From assembly GCF_036321535.1 (NCBI RefSeq), contig NC_087437.1, forward strand, positions 12,154,001 through 12,218,000: a stretch of DNA of 64,000 nt, written 5' to 3'. Every line of letters begins with the position of its first letter. Position 1 is the stretch's first letter. A program made the translations under genes and the position numbers. The notes under the pieces were generated by a model. The model searched no databases, was not told the origin of the DNA, and saw nothing but the letters and a program-made list of their open reading frames with translations. Positions 12,831 to 25,979 of the stretch are shown one piece after another. This DNA is from Camelus dromedarius. Its lineage: Eukaryota.

Positions 12831-15759
12831 TTCTGTGATTATCATTAAATGCTGTGGGAAGAAATTTAATCTTACCAGTCGGTGGTTGACAGTAAATAAC
12901 TCACTATCAGCATTGTGGGAAACATGCCCAACGCTTGGCCGTCTTCTTGATTCAGAGCCCAGTGTGCAGGGAGAGGTTTCAAAGGGGCCAAGAGATTAAT
13001 TTCCTGCTGGCAACAGGCTGGTGGCAAAGGACTGACACATGCTAGGCACTCTTCTAAGTTAGGAAAACAAAGCACAAGAGACGAGGAAGATAATGTCAGA
13101 GTGAGAAAGCTTCCAAATAGCTGGTGGAAGGCAGCAGGGAAGAGAGAGCCTCTAAAGAGCCAGAGTTAGACCCATCTAAAAGCCCTCAAATTCCATCTTA
13201 AAGAGTATTGGCCGAAAAATATATTTGTGTGCACAGTTTGGCCTGTGGTTCAGCGGTATGCAACACTGCATGTCTAAAATAAATGACCTTAATATATACA
13301 AAACTGTGGTTTGGACACTGACAAAAAACTTTCCAGAATAGAGAGAGCAGGTATAAAGGGAGAAACACGTTGAGCCCAGTAGATTCTTGCCACCCGTTTA
13401 AAAAGTTGGGACTCTGCCTCACAGCAGTAAATGCTCTTCGTAGCAGGTTAGAGTGTAATGAAATTTTAAAGATATGTCTAACGCCTGTTGATTTGTTTAA
13501 TATTTGTGTGCATCTCAGGGAAGATAAATTAAACCCTTATTTTGGCTGAGGGTTTTGCTGGTGGCATTTTTGAAGAATAGAATTCTTTTAATTATTCAAC
13601 GAAATATAATGTTACTTGTCTTTAAATGCAAAATAAAATACTGCCTCAGTGCAATTCTTCCTCTGTTCCTCCTCAGAATCCTTTGGGAAAAATCTCCTTA
13701 ATAACCTGCTAATGTCTATGTCTATGTAAGTTGATTGGATGTAGAACAAATTACTAAGACTTGAAGTAGCCATATCGTTAGTACACGAGCCTTCATTGTT
13801 AGGTCTTCATGAAGCTGTGTTTCACAGTAGTACTCCCCAGCATTTAGCCCAAATACCAGGACATCTTTGCAGTTTCCACAGTGACGCACCACCAATGATC
13901 AGGCAGATCATTGAAATGTTAGCTTCTAACCTTGAAGCTTATGGGCTGAGTCTGATGGGTCCCACTGCTACATTTAACCTTTCTAAGACTTTCTGCCGGA
14001 AACGTCCATACTTGTTGCGTTCAATGTGCAAAGCGTGTCCCATTGGCGGTTAGAAACCAGTAAGGAATAGACATTTTAGGAATCTTGTGTACCCATTATG
14101 TCTTTAAGTAAGATGTTCCATTATTAAGTGACTCGTGGTTATCTCCCTAAATTTTCCAATTACATTTGAGAATGGGAGTTGGGTTGGGATATCCTAGTTT
14201 CTTGTTTCCCCATTTAAAATTTAAAACAAAAATGCTACTCTAGACACTGAATTTGAAATCCCTAATCTCTTAGAAAAATCATAAGCAAAAATCGGTACTA
14301 AAATAAAGCCTCAGTTAATCTAGGTTGGCTTGCCTCATGACTGAATTTGCCAAATAATCGAGTAACTTTCCACTTCATTTTTTGCTTTGAAGACTTGGCG
14401 TAGGAAAGGATTACTCCTCCATGGATCCTAGGGGATGAGAGCAACTTCAAAGGAAAAATGAGAAGAACTTCTTCTGTTTCGGTTCCTTGGCCTTGAATTA
14501 TACTTGTGCTTGCTTTTATAATTTAAGGAGATGATGAACTTTTGTTCATTCAGACTTACTGGAGGAAAACTAGTCCAAGCAGTGGAGAAACCTCAACTAT
14601 CGATTATTTCAAAAGAAATAGAATATTTTCAGTAAAGACCATGTATTCAGAGTTTGATGACTAAATTCCTTACAGAAAAGCTCTCAGTGAAATTGAATTA
14701 TTGCTTATATAAGAATGATTTATATAGAGTTGTTTGATAAACGTGTTGCTTACACTATTAATTTGCTTTGGAAGCCTGTCTTTATAGATGATGTAAAGAC
14801 ACATTTCTGCACAATCAGCATTGTGTGTGTGTGTTTCCTGAATTAGACTCTCCTCTCTGGACACGGCTGGCCAGTGTCTCCTCATGCACGTTTATTCTGC
14901 TCAGGTTAGAACAGTTGTCTCTACAGCATGAGCTTCCTGCCCATTGACTTTCACTTAAATGGCACTGGGATGCCATCTGGTTAACTGTATGTGGAGCTCA
15001 AAGTTTTGATTATGGCTGATTTATCAGATGTAATCTTTTAAAGGCATAAAATTAAATAATGGGCAGTGCAGGTAAAGATTAACTTTCCCTAGACCATCAA
15101 GATTGATGGTCCTGGTTTCCATAAGTGTACTGGAAGTTGACATAGTACACTCTGCTTTCATGTGGTTGGGTTCTGTAATTTACAAGAGGTGAAATTCAGG
15201 GAACATTTTGCAAACCTTGGGTCATTATTGATGACAGGAACCAACCAACCAATCTAATGACTTTTGATTTTAAGCTTAAGTAGTTTTGTTCTTTTACCTA
15301 GTCTCATTGAGCTATGTCATGAGATCTGTGCTAAATGATGCAAAAAGATATGACTCCTGCCCTCGGGGAGCTTGTAATTGAATTAGTACGTGCATGAAAA
15401 CCAAGGAAAGAGCAAATCAGTACAGTTATTACAACTTGTTTAAAAAAAAAAAAAAAGCTTGGAAATTAAAGGCCTACTGTCCTAAGAAAGAGAATGAAGC
15501 GGGTATGAGGGGGTAGATGATCTGATGGTCATAGTCTCCTCTTTAATCACTCTTTATTGCTAATTTTAGTTTTCCTCAATACAAATTAAAAAAAACAGCA
15601 ACTGGTTGTGCATTCAATCAAAATGATCTACTTAGACTTAGTTAAAATGATATGCTTCCTGAATCATGGAAATGATTGATTCCATAAAGGTCTGATCATA
15701 TGGGTAGGCATAATCTAGAGACTTTAAAGTTATTTTTATAAGTATAATTTGCTGCTCCT

Positions 15760-16360
15760 AAATAATTCTTATGATAATGTAATATGTGGTTAATGCAGAA
15801 AAGTCGCAAATTTACAAAAGATGCAAAAGTTTAATATAATCCTTTCACCAAGTGGTAGCCAGCATTGACATTTTAGCAGGAATTCTCCCAGTTCCTTTCT
15901 GACATACATACAACTCTTTACACATATGCATTTTTATCAGACATAGACTCCTATTATATGCCATATTTTATAGAAAGTTTCTACTTTTTGGAATGAACAT
16001 TTCCCCATGATCTTTTACATTATTTTTGCATTATAATTTTAATGGCTGCGTAGTACTTAATTACATTGGTGCATCTCAGTTGCCTTAAGCGAGTCACTAT
16101 TTATGTTCATTTAAGTTGTTTTCTAGTTTTTCACTTTATAAATAGTGCAATGCCTATCTTTTTCTTATTTTTAATTGTTTGCTTAGGGCACACTCCTGAA
16201 AGTGAAATTTCTTTGTTAAACTCTTGAGGCTCTAGATATATGATTGAAAATATCCCCCCCAAAAACCATACTTGTACGTTCGTCCACTAGCTGGGACCAT
16301 GTCTACTGTCTGCGTAGGTCAGCTTTACTGGGTACTTGTTTTGATTCTTAACTTTTGTCA
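15760..16360 (-). mobile_element. Ancient LINE-1 (L1M-type) 3' fragment
   Basis: Degenerate L1 3' motifs such as 'ttttaatggctgcgtagta', 'catttaagttgttttctagtttttcac' and 'ctgaaagtgaaattt'. Confidence 0.55.
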
Positions 16361-16980
16361 TTTCAGCAGTCACAAAATGACTACAAAAATGTGTTCTCTA
16401 CTCTATATTTGATGTGGAATTGGCATATATATTGAATGATATTTTGAGATTTGTAATGTTGCTTTTAAAATAAAACTTAAGAAGCAAAATCAAATTTAGA
16501 GGAAATGGGAACTTCTAGGATATGAGCGTTCTGAAGACAAAGTTCGGCGTGATGCTTTTTACAAAGGCAAGTCAACAAATTACAGATGCCAACATAAGTC
16601 ATAGAATGGGAACAACAACAAAAAAGCCTGTTCAGAGAAAACAAACTTGAAATCAAGGTAGAGAATTTTTGTCCCTAGGAATCACAGTTGGCTATAATTT
16701 CTGATGAGAAATTGATTTTAGACTGAGTGTACAGAAATACAGTGGGACCTTAGAATTCCTGGGACTATTCTTGTAAAAGAGATTCCAGCAAAACAGCCTG
16801 AGAAGAGTGAGTTTTCTGGGAAGATTACATTCTAATAAAAATGGAAAATAGAAAATTTTAAATTGTAGGCTCCCCTGCAAACTTCCTTCCCTATGATTGG
16901 TAGTTATCAAAATTAAATGATACTAAGAAATTAAGTGGCTGTGTTAAATATAGTGGCAGGTATTAGAGTTAAAAGGAGTC

Positions 16981-17086
16981 GTGTATGACTGAAGCATAAT
17001 ATGCTGTACACCAGAAACTGATACAACGTTGTAAACTGACTATACTTCAATAAAAATGTATCTATAAAGTAAAAAAAAAAAAAAAA
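16981..17086 (+). mobile_element. Very short LINE-1 3' tail with polyA
   Basis: 'tgctgtacaccagaaactgatacaacgttgtaaactgactatacttcaataaaaa' matches the 3' end of the 8813-9903 copy, followed by an A-run. Degenerate TSD aaaaggagtc / aaaaagaatc. Confidence 0.85.
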
Positions 17087-17483
17087 GAATCTGAAAGATT
17101 GTCTAACCCAGCTTCTCATTTTCCAGATAAAATAGAGCCCTGCAGAGATGAAGGAACTTGCCTGAGGACCCATAATCGGTGAGTAAAGAAAGAAGAAAGA
17201 AGTTCCAACAATAAGCAAATATTAAATTATTAAACATTGAAGTAATTTAAATATTTAAAATGTCATGAAAGTTTCCTTATATTATCTGATGCCTCAGATA
17301 TAACAACAGTTTGGCATATGAACTTTGAAAGTATTTGTGTATATATACATAGAAGCAAATGTTAACATTTTTTTCCAAAAGTGGAATCATATTACATGTA
17401 TAAATTATTCTGCCCACCATTCTTTTACATACATCTTGTATAGATGGTCTTCTTTTCTCTCAGCTAACATAGATGGACTAGAA

Positions 17484-17701
17484 TAGAGGCTGGCAAACTT
17501 CTTCTGGAAGGGGCCAGATACTAAGTATTCTGGGCTTTGTGGACCCACAGTCTTTGTCACAACTACTCAGCTTTGCTGTTCTGGTGAAAAAAGCAGCCGA
17601 TGTGTAAACGAGTGGGTATGCCTCTGTTCTAACAAAACTTTATTTATAAAGATGAGCAACAGGAAAAATTTGTGCTACAGGTTATAGTTTTCTAATTCCT
17701 G
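17484..17701. mobile_element. MER58A-like non-autonomous hAT DNA transposon
   Basis: Termini 'agaggctggcaaact' and 'agttttctaattcctg', with internal 'gggccagatactaagtatt' and 'aacaaaactttatttataaa'. Opposite orientation to the copy at 54563. Confidence 0.8.
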
Positions 17702-19253
17702 AAATAGAGAAATGAAAAAGATTGTTTTGGAAAACCTTGTTTGAGGAGGAAGTGTGATGAACGTCCTGAATGTAGAGAAAAGAAAGCTGAGTTTCCATCA
17801 TCAGAAATGACCTTGGGTGAGGCAGGTAGGCTCACTGGCCTCGAGTAAAACGTGGGTACTCATACCCAGATTGTGGGGTTATTTTGAAAACTAGATGAAA
17901 TAATTTATGTAATTCATCTGTTAGTACATGAGAAGATTCTTCCCTCCCCCAACCCTCCTAGGATGGAGATTAATGCAGAATTTCGGTACTCACATAGGTA
18001 AAGCACTTGGGCAAGGAAGAACTGGCCAAAATTACTGATATCTCAACAAGACCCAGACTTATATCATGTAGATCCCCTTGAAAGTCATGTTTGCAAACTG
18101 TTGGCCAAGTTTGGGTAAACGTGACTATACCAGAATGATCCTAGATTTCCTGAGAAAAGATTAACATGCTTTGCATGGAATTTTGCAATAAAGGAAACAT
18201 TATAGCTTAATTCATAGTGATTTAAGAAGATGGAAGATTTTTGAGAGGGGAAATCTAATTATAGTGAAAATAAAATTTCATTTACCCATTATTTCCTTCA
18301 TTATTCATTATTTTTTATTGGGAAGATAAGCAGGTACAAGGAATAGGAAAGAAAAACACATTAAAGTGTACTAGGAAAAAATAAGGAATTAATGTAATGC
18401 TACTTAACTATAAATTTCTCATGTTATAATCATATTTTAATTCATCTTCAAGTGAACCTATTGGGTAAGTTCAATTGGTTATTTTCAAACCGAATTCCTA
18501 TAGCAGTTCCAAAGAACTTTATTGCTTTTTCTAATTCACTTGAAATTTAATGTATTTTTTATGACATGATGAATTGGTTTTTTTCTCTGCTTGGTGTAGT
18601 CTCATCCAGTTGAATGCTTTAAGACTGAATACAACTTTCCTCTGTTTTGTTTTGTGTTGTTGTTATTGTAGCTTTTTCTTAATTCAGAACTAGCTGCTTC
18701 TGTCCAAATTTAAATGTAAACTGGAATAATTCTGTTAATTTATTGCTAGGGTTTATATTCTGGAGAGCAAAGCATTTTATGCTAATTAAATGTTATTGAT
18801 AATGACTATGGCATAGGATTCAGGGAAAAAATAGTTAAGTGATTCAAGCTGATATAATGTTCATTTGTGAGAATAAATATGTGAATACAGTTGAGACATT
18901 TTTTAAAATTGAAGAATTTGTCCAGCCTGATATGGCTGTTGAGTCTGAAATGCACCACAACCTTTTAATAGCACAGGACTTTCCCCAGCAACGGGATCTA
19001 CATCAGTGGTGGTACCAGCAATGATTTAAGTCATATTAAGTCCTATAGTGAGGAAATTATTTTATTCCCCTTTCACTTCTCCTCCAAAACTTCTGATTCT
19101 CTTACTAAGAACGGAATGTGATGGCATTCCATCTTCTGTAGCTCTTTTTTACCAAGGGATCAGTCCTGAGACTCAGAGCTATCCTTAGGCCACAGCATTT
19201 AAGCAGGACTCAGTTACACTGGGTGTTTTTTTCCATCCTTTTTATTTTTACAG

Positions 19254-19270
19254 TTTATCTTCTATTTGAG
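19254..19270 (+). other. Candidate 17-nt microexon
   Basis: Pyrimidine tract ttttttccatcctttttatttttacag, then TTTATCTTCTATTTGAG, then gtaagt. Both splice sites are consensus. No transcript evidence is available. Confidence 0.3.
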
Positions 19271-22200
19271 GTAAGTGAAGCTGGTTTATCACTTAGAGGA
19301 GTGGTACAACCTGTCTATCTTAAACACATCTATTCGGGTAGAAAACAAACAAACAAGAAGTGTGCTGAACTAAATAAAAATAATACATAAAGAATGAAAG
19401 TTGCTTGCCAACAAGGCAAAATTCATGCCAGTGGACCCTGAATAACCAAAGTTTAAGAAACAACTTAAAGACTATAGCAGTCGTAAAATACTGGAGCTCA
19501 AAGGGATCTGTAGACCATGGAGTTAAAGATCCTTGTTCTACAGATGAAGAAGCACAGACGCTGAGAGATTGGGGCTTCACACAGGGTCACACTCGGGCTC
19601 GGCTTCTAGATAAGAGAAATATCAGTAAATCTTTTTCCTCCACATCACTGAGAGATCTGAGAGAGTGTGGTATGGGTGAGCTGAACCAGAATTAACAACT
19701 CCTCTGTGACTTAGTAGGACTCAGCAAATACTGTCATTACCAAATTTCTGGTTGCAGTAGGGTGTTCTTGAACTTTGTTGTCAAGGACACCACAGGGCTA
19801 GAGAGTGGATTATGAAGAGGCAGGAGGGAAGGGCCGACCTATCTTGCCTTTTTGTAAATGCCAAAGCTAATTTCAATGATTGCTTTAGCGATATAACGAT
19901 AACCAAGATTAAAGCAAGCAGGCATCCACTTTAGGATATGAGAGCTGGAATTTTAGATTTCATTATAAGATTGCCATTTCAACACAATAGTAATATAATG
20001 GCAATGGATTTCCATTTTTTCTCCATTTCTGTTGAAATATTATCTCATAAATATACTTTGATACAAAAGAGATCTCTCAATTTCATGAGAGCTCTGGAGC
20101 TGTATTTTATTCTTATGCTGACTTATCCCCAAAATATCATTTTGATATACAGCTTCAATATTCTTGCCAATGTCTGTGACATCAGCAATCAAAAATGGCA
20201 TTATTTTTAGTTTTTTTCACATACAGTTGTAGGCTATCCAAAAAAGGGTCCTGCTTTTAGTGCTCACTGAAGTGTCCTTATCATTTTATTAAGGGATGTT
20301 TATGACTCACTCAGCTAATTGTTCCGAGAGGGGAAAAATACGGCATCTAGTAAAGGAGATAACTTTAGCCAGTGCGAATCCAAAATGTACGTAAAGCACA
20401 CAGGAAGGGGACTAACATCTCTGCACATTAGTATTTCTTGTACTAGTAGAAAGTGTTGTTTTCCCAAATTACATTTTAGGAACCTGAGGTTCTGAGACCA
20501 CAGAGCTAGAAAGTGTCAGAACTCTGTCTACCCCACTATACTCGCAGGTCCACAAACTGAACATGTGGGTCAATCTTTCCAGCCCTCAGAAATGACTTGT
20601 TTCACCCACGGAGGCCCTTAGTTACAAAGGTAGTGATCAAATGTCATAATCAAGGAGGTTCATTTAGCTGAAGAACTTAAAGAAAGTGTAAATTGGTTAA
20701 GTACACTTGATTTTAGGCATCAGTCTAGAGCACTTTTTTCAGTTTCTGGAGTCACTCCTACATTATTGTGAAGTCTTTATTATTATTTTAGTTATTAAAA
20801 CCCTTGTGATGAATCAGAGATTCACCCACTTTGCATGAAATTCATTTCTACATCATATAGTGCTTTAGTGAAACGTGAGTTTTCTGAAATATTGGCATTA
20901 AAGAACTAGTTATTGGGTTAATAACTATGCTTTTCCTCTAGATGGTCCATTTAAAAAGAAAACTGAATACATTTTAATATGCAGAGAATGATGTTAAATT
21001 GCTGCAACAAAATAAGCAAATCCTTGCAGTACACAAGCAGCACTGACTGTAAATAGCAGTGATACTGTTGAGCATTATAGAAGTACTTTCACTAGATGTG
21101 CCACATATGGGACTAAAGTTTTCCATTATGCTTGTGATCATTAACAAACATAACCAAGATATAGACATGAATATAACTGTTCCACTCAAAGCACGACCAG
21201 AATTCCTGGGTGCTTTCCTCATCACAGTGGGCAGAGTCTAAAAGTTCCTCCATTAAATGTGTAGCTAGGTAATACTTGGTACCATATCTGAGAATCTAGG
21301 ATGTGAATTCCCTACACTAATGCAGCTCACACAGGCCAAACACGTGGTGAATAATGTCAGAGGCCTGACTTAGGGATGGAAGGCATTGGTGACCATTGGC
21401 TCTGCCCTGCAGGAGGAGGAAGCCTTCCGTTGCCTGGCACACCTCATGGTTCTAACACTTTGACGGCCCTTGAGATTGCTTTGTAGAGTCATTCTTTTTT
21501 TTCTGATAAAGGAAGAATTTTTTTAAAGGAAGAAGCTGACACTCCTTTCTTCTGTGATCCCTTAACTAGTGCAGAAATGTGCCCTGCCCAGTGCTTGCTC
21601 AGCCCCTACCTGTCCAAGCAGAGTGCAGAGAGAGGAATTCAGGCAGCGCCAGCATAGAGAGTAAACAGGTTTTTTTTCTGAATGACCCAAGGTTCTTTTA
21701 TTCCTGTAATGTCTAAAGAAGCTGCTGCCTTTTCATTTTAATGTGAGAGACATGATTTTCCTCTTGTTTTCCAAGGCTGTCAGATAACAGACAAATTGCC
21801 TTTGATAAAACATGCTTTCAGTTTCTCCAATGTAATATTCAATTTTCATTTTCATAAGGGGTTGCTTATTTTGATGGCTTGAATTGGTTGACTGGATGTC
21901 AGTGCCTAGATCTCATCAGTAAAGATTGTAGTCTGAGTTATAATTCAGGAAAGCATATGTTACTGTCAAATTTATTATCTACAAATACTTTTCTGTGTTT
22001 AATTCTTGAAAATCAGGAGTGACAAGCCATTTGAGTAAATACTTTCTCTTTGCCCTGTTTATCCCTAAAAGTCACTTGAAAACAAAGGCAAGTTGGGTAA
22101 CTGCTTATTGAAGAATTTGGGAAATACTTTTATTTGAAGAAAAATGTGTTCTGACTCCAGGGATTCCAACTCTTAGAATTTCTGCAAGTAATTCACCTTC

Positions 22201-22960
22201 TTCTTTTTCATTTCACTGTCCTGACTCTGTGTGTCTGACACACACATACCTTTCTCTTTTGCCCTATCAATACATAAAGCAGACCTCAAAAGAAATTTAA
22301 TTTTAAAAAATCCCCAATTATAAAAGTAGTATGTATACATTGTAGAAAGCTCTGATAATTAAAAAAAAAACCCCACAAATCATCTATTTTAAATCCCATG
22401 TCTACCCTTTGTCGTTTTCTTAGTTAAGAGATTATAATTAAGAGTTTATCCTCTGAAAAGTTGTTTCAATCAACTGTCTTACCTCATCTACAAAGGCAAA
22501 GTGAGGCAGCACCCCAGTATATAGAATGGTCCCTTGCATTTTCCCCCAAACCCCACCCCAGTTCCAGTTAATGGGTGAACAAATAGTGAACCCCGACCAC
22601 ATGCCAGATGCCACGTCAAACAGTAAAGACACACAGCTGAATAGCACACAGGTCCTAACTGGCAGTTATAAACAGACAAACTTACCGAGGAAGTGCCCAG
22701 CTAAGGTGTGGCTAACCCTACCTGGGCACCGGGGAGAGGCATGCGTCCCACATGGGTTGTAGAGGGAGAGGTCTGCCTGGAGAGGTCATCTGAGTGTTCC
22801 TGGTTATGCTACAGGTAACTGAAGGCAGAGTTTGAATGATACCGCCTAAGAGAGCACAAAGAAGAGAAGTAAGCACAGGACGGAACCCTGGAGAAATTGC
22901 AACACTTTATGGTGGGCAAGAGGAGATGATCTTCCAAAAGAGATTAAAAAGAAACAAAGT

Positions 22961-23068
22961 GGGGAGGGTAGAACTCAAGTGGTCGAGCACATGCTTAGCA
23001 TGCACAACGTCCTGGGTTCAATCCCTTAATTAACCCTCCCCCCCAAAATAAAAAATAATAATAATAAT
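22961..23068 (+). mobile_element. tRNA-derived SINE (vic-1-like)
   Basis: Head ggggagggtagaactcaagtgg, B-box ggttcaatcc and (AAT)n tail. TSD aaaagaaaca at 22947-22956 and 23069-23078. Confidence 0.9.
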
Positions 23069-23729
23069 AAAAGAAACAGAATTAGTTGGAAACCCAAAGA
23101 CTGTGGTATGCCGTAGGCCCAAGCACAGAATGTTTCAAGGTGGAGGAAGTGGTCCATTGAATCAAATACTATTTGTTAATAGTAAGGTCTGAAAGATACT
23201 CTTAACTGGGTTTAGAAACGTAAATGTTATCGGTGACACTGACTTTTCTGTTTTTGTTGCTGTTGTTTTTGCTGGTTTTTCTGATGTGATACAAGAAAGA
23301 AATCAAGACAGGAGTGAATACAGAGGTGCTGGCCACATCTCTAAATGCCTTTTATCACATTACAACGTCTTGGTGTGATTATTTGGTTTTAGTTCTGATG
23401 TTTTGATCACCTAACGTGGGGGTTCCTTATGAGCATTGACTGTCTTAGCTCTGACAACCCTACCTACCATAAGGAGTGTCAGTACGTATTTGATTGACGG
23501 GTAAACCTTTCTTCGAAAGCCTGCTTCTCCTCCTGGGCTGTCACTGGTCTTTGATTCCTCCCTTCTCCTCGCTTATACCTGAGAGGCTGCCAGGTGAGAC
23601 CCCTCTTCTACAGCACCTCTCCTGGCTGGGCTTTTAGCTAGTAACAAATTAATTCCCCTTCCTCCAGGAAATTAACTCTTCAGTTAAGAATTACATTTTA
23701 ACATTCCTAAAATCCGTCCCCTCTGCTCA

Positions 23730-23952
23730 GTCTTCCTCCCTGCCTCCCTCCCCCTCCCTCCCCCCTCTGTGTGAGTGTATCTACTCCTCCCCCTCTCTCC
23801 TCCCTTCCCTCCTCCCTCTTCCCCTCGGTCAGTGTCTTCTCCCCCCTCCCACGTGAGTGTGTCTCCTCACCCACCTCCCTCCCTCCCTCTCTCTCTCCCT
23901 TTCAACTCCTCTTCCTCTCTCTCCACCCTCTCTCCCATCTTTGCCTCCTTTT
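23730..23952. repeat. Polypyrimidine/polypurine (CT-rich) low-complexity tract
   Basis: About 220 bp almost entirely C/T on the + strand, interrupted by two gtgagtgt motifs. E-box CACGTG at 23850-23855. Confidence 0.9.
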
Positions 23953-24530
23953 ACTGAGAATTCAAGTGTCATTTTGACCCAAAACATACAAGTTGTAGAA
24001 AAAGGGAAGAATCACTAATCACCACACTTGTCCCATGAAGAGATATTTGAAAGACAGCTTAAGGAGGGGAAGAAAGAAAGAAAGAAAGAAAACATATTGA
24101 CATGAAGACTAAGAAGAAATATTAAAGGGGTAAAATCTGCGGAAGATTTCGATTAAATCAAAAGCCTGAAATGACTGAATGATGAAGACTGTGAGTCGGC
24201 CGACTGCTCTCTTTCGGCTGATGATGCCAGAGAAAGTGACACCAGGTAGGAAGAGGTCCTGGCGTTGCTGCCCTCACCCCACCCCCGCGATAAGGCTTTC
24301 ATCCCCCCCCATGCCCATTAACTAAAGGACTTGGCTGAGCATCCACGTCCTGCGGCGCAGTCCCTCGGTGCGGGGCCCTGCCTGGTCCGCTGAAGGATGA
24401 ACCTGATTGAGGCAGGAAGCACCATCCATAACGGAGGCCTCGTCCACGAGGCGGCCGCCCTTCCCTCCCCGTCTCTTCCAAGATGCTCGAGGGAGGAGCA
24501 GCTTGTCTTCGGGATGGCCAATTCTTTACG
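23950..24530 (+). promoter_or_regulatory. Candidate promoter/first exon with small CpG island
   Basis: About 23 CpGs counted in 24139-24530, including NotI GCGGCCGC at 24451. Donors ACT|gtgagt (24190/24191) and CAG|gtagga (24245/24246). No repeat recognised; follows the CT tract. Confidence 0.5.
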
Positions 24531-24883
24531 GTTAGTATCAGAAATGAGCCTATCAATCAGAAACAGGAGACTTTTAAAGGGGCACCAGGGCCATAAACTT
24601 TATGAAAAAGGTTAGAGATTGCATTCAGCCCTCAAGCAGATACACAATTACCCTAAACCCAGTTCAGGGCAGGGAAACTAAATCTTAAAAAAAAAAAAAA
24701 AAATACACCAAGCGAAGACCTCCCCTCCACACTTAACATACATAGCTTTTATTATTTTTTTTAATTTTGATTAAAAAAATCATTTCAAATTATGCGGGTG
24801 GAGTGCAGTGCACCTTTTAGATGAATCTTCTTTGCTTTCCTTGCTCAATCCACAGCCCAGTCAGATAGGACCCATTACAGTTA

Positions 24884-25070
24884 ATTTTTTTTTTTTTGAT
24901 GGGGGAGGTAGTTAGGTTTTTATTTATTTATTTAGGTTTTATGTATATATGTATGGAAGGATTTATTGATTTATTGATTTATTGATTTATTTTAAATGGA
25001 GGTACTGGGGATTGAACCCAGGACCTCATTCATTCTAAGCACATGCTCTACCACTGAGCTATACCCTCCC
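24884..25070 (-). mobile_element. tRNA-derived SINE (vic-1-like)
   Basis: Reverse complement of gggagggtatagctcagtggtagagcatgtgcttag...ggttcaatccccagtacctcca. Has A- and B-boxes, an internal (ATTGATTT)n expansion and polyT at ~24885-24897. Confidence 0.93.
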
Positions 25071-25979
25071 TCTCATAGCTTTTAGAGGAAAGACTCAGAG
25101 ATAGCAGTTGTCAGAGAAATTTTTCCTCCTCTAGCTATGCAAAGAAAAGGGAGAAAAGGAGTAAGTAAGGAAAGAAATGGCAGAAAGAGAAAGGAAACAA
25201 GAATTTAGGCTGGAATGGGGAGATGAGAAAAAAAGAAAAACTGGAGAGAGTTTTTTTTTTTTAGATTCTGTAAATACTTGCCTGCTTATGAGATAAACTC
25301 ATTGATATTGAAGGGCCTTGAAAACACCATTGATTTATTCACTGTCGGCAGAAGTTAGAGAAAATCTCATTTTCATGAGCTTCCCTTCCTATCACTCAGT
25401 TCCCTTGTGACACAAAAAGTAAACCTTTTCTAAGGGCTTTCTCAGGCAGTTTGACATTTTGTTGAATTAACGGGTATATGTTGTACCAAATTTATATGCT
25501 GCATCTTTCCACCCAAGCAAGGAATGATTTTCTATTGAACAGAATTCTTAGGGCACCAAGAGAACCCTGGAAACTTCTTAGGGTAATCTTGCTTCTATAG
25601 TCAGCCTCGAAAATCTCCCCAGGTCTCATCACTGTCTCCCTGGATGTAAATGGTGAGGGCCTTCTGAATCTCAGTGGGATTACTCTGTGATGCCCTGGAT
25701 CTGTCCCCTGAGGGCCCTGTGTGGATACTGTCAGGATGTTTTATCTGGCAGATTTCAAGAACATCTGAAATAATGGGGAAAAGGTGTAAGGAGGGAAAGT
25801 TAGATGAATAGGCATCATTTTGTTAGGACAACTGAGAGTGATTTGACCCGTTGGTGGCAAATATTTCATATATAAATGTTGAGCCACAAAATGAGCGGGA
25901 CATTGTGTGGTGTGACACTCATTTCAGAAGCCCATGCCACCCAACTACTGATGTGAATGATTCAGGGAGGCAGAGCTGT

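Noticed and set aside
23771..23977. Pro/Ser/Leu-rich ORFs
   Set aside because: Artefact of the CT-rich tract, which lacks stop codons.
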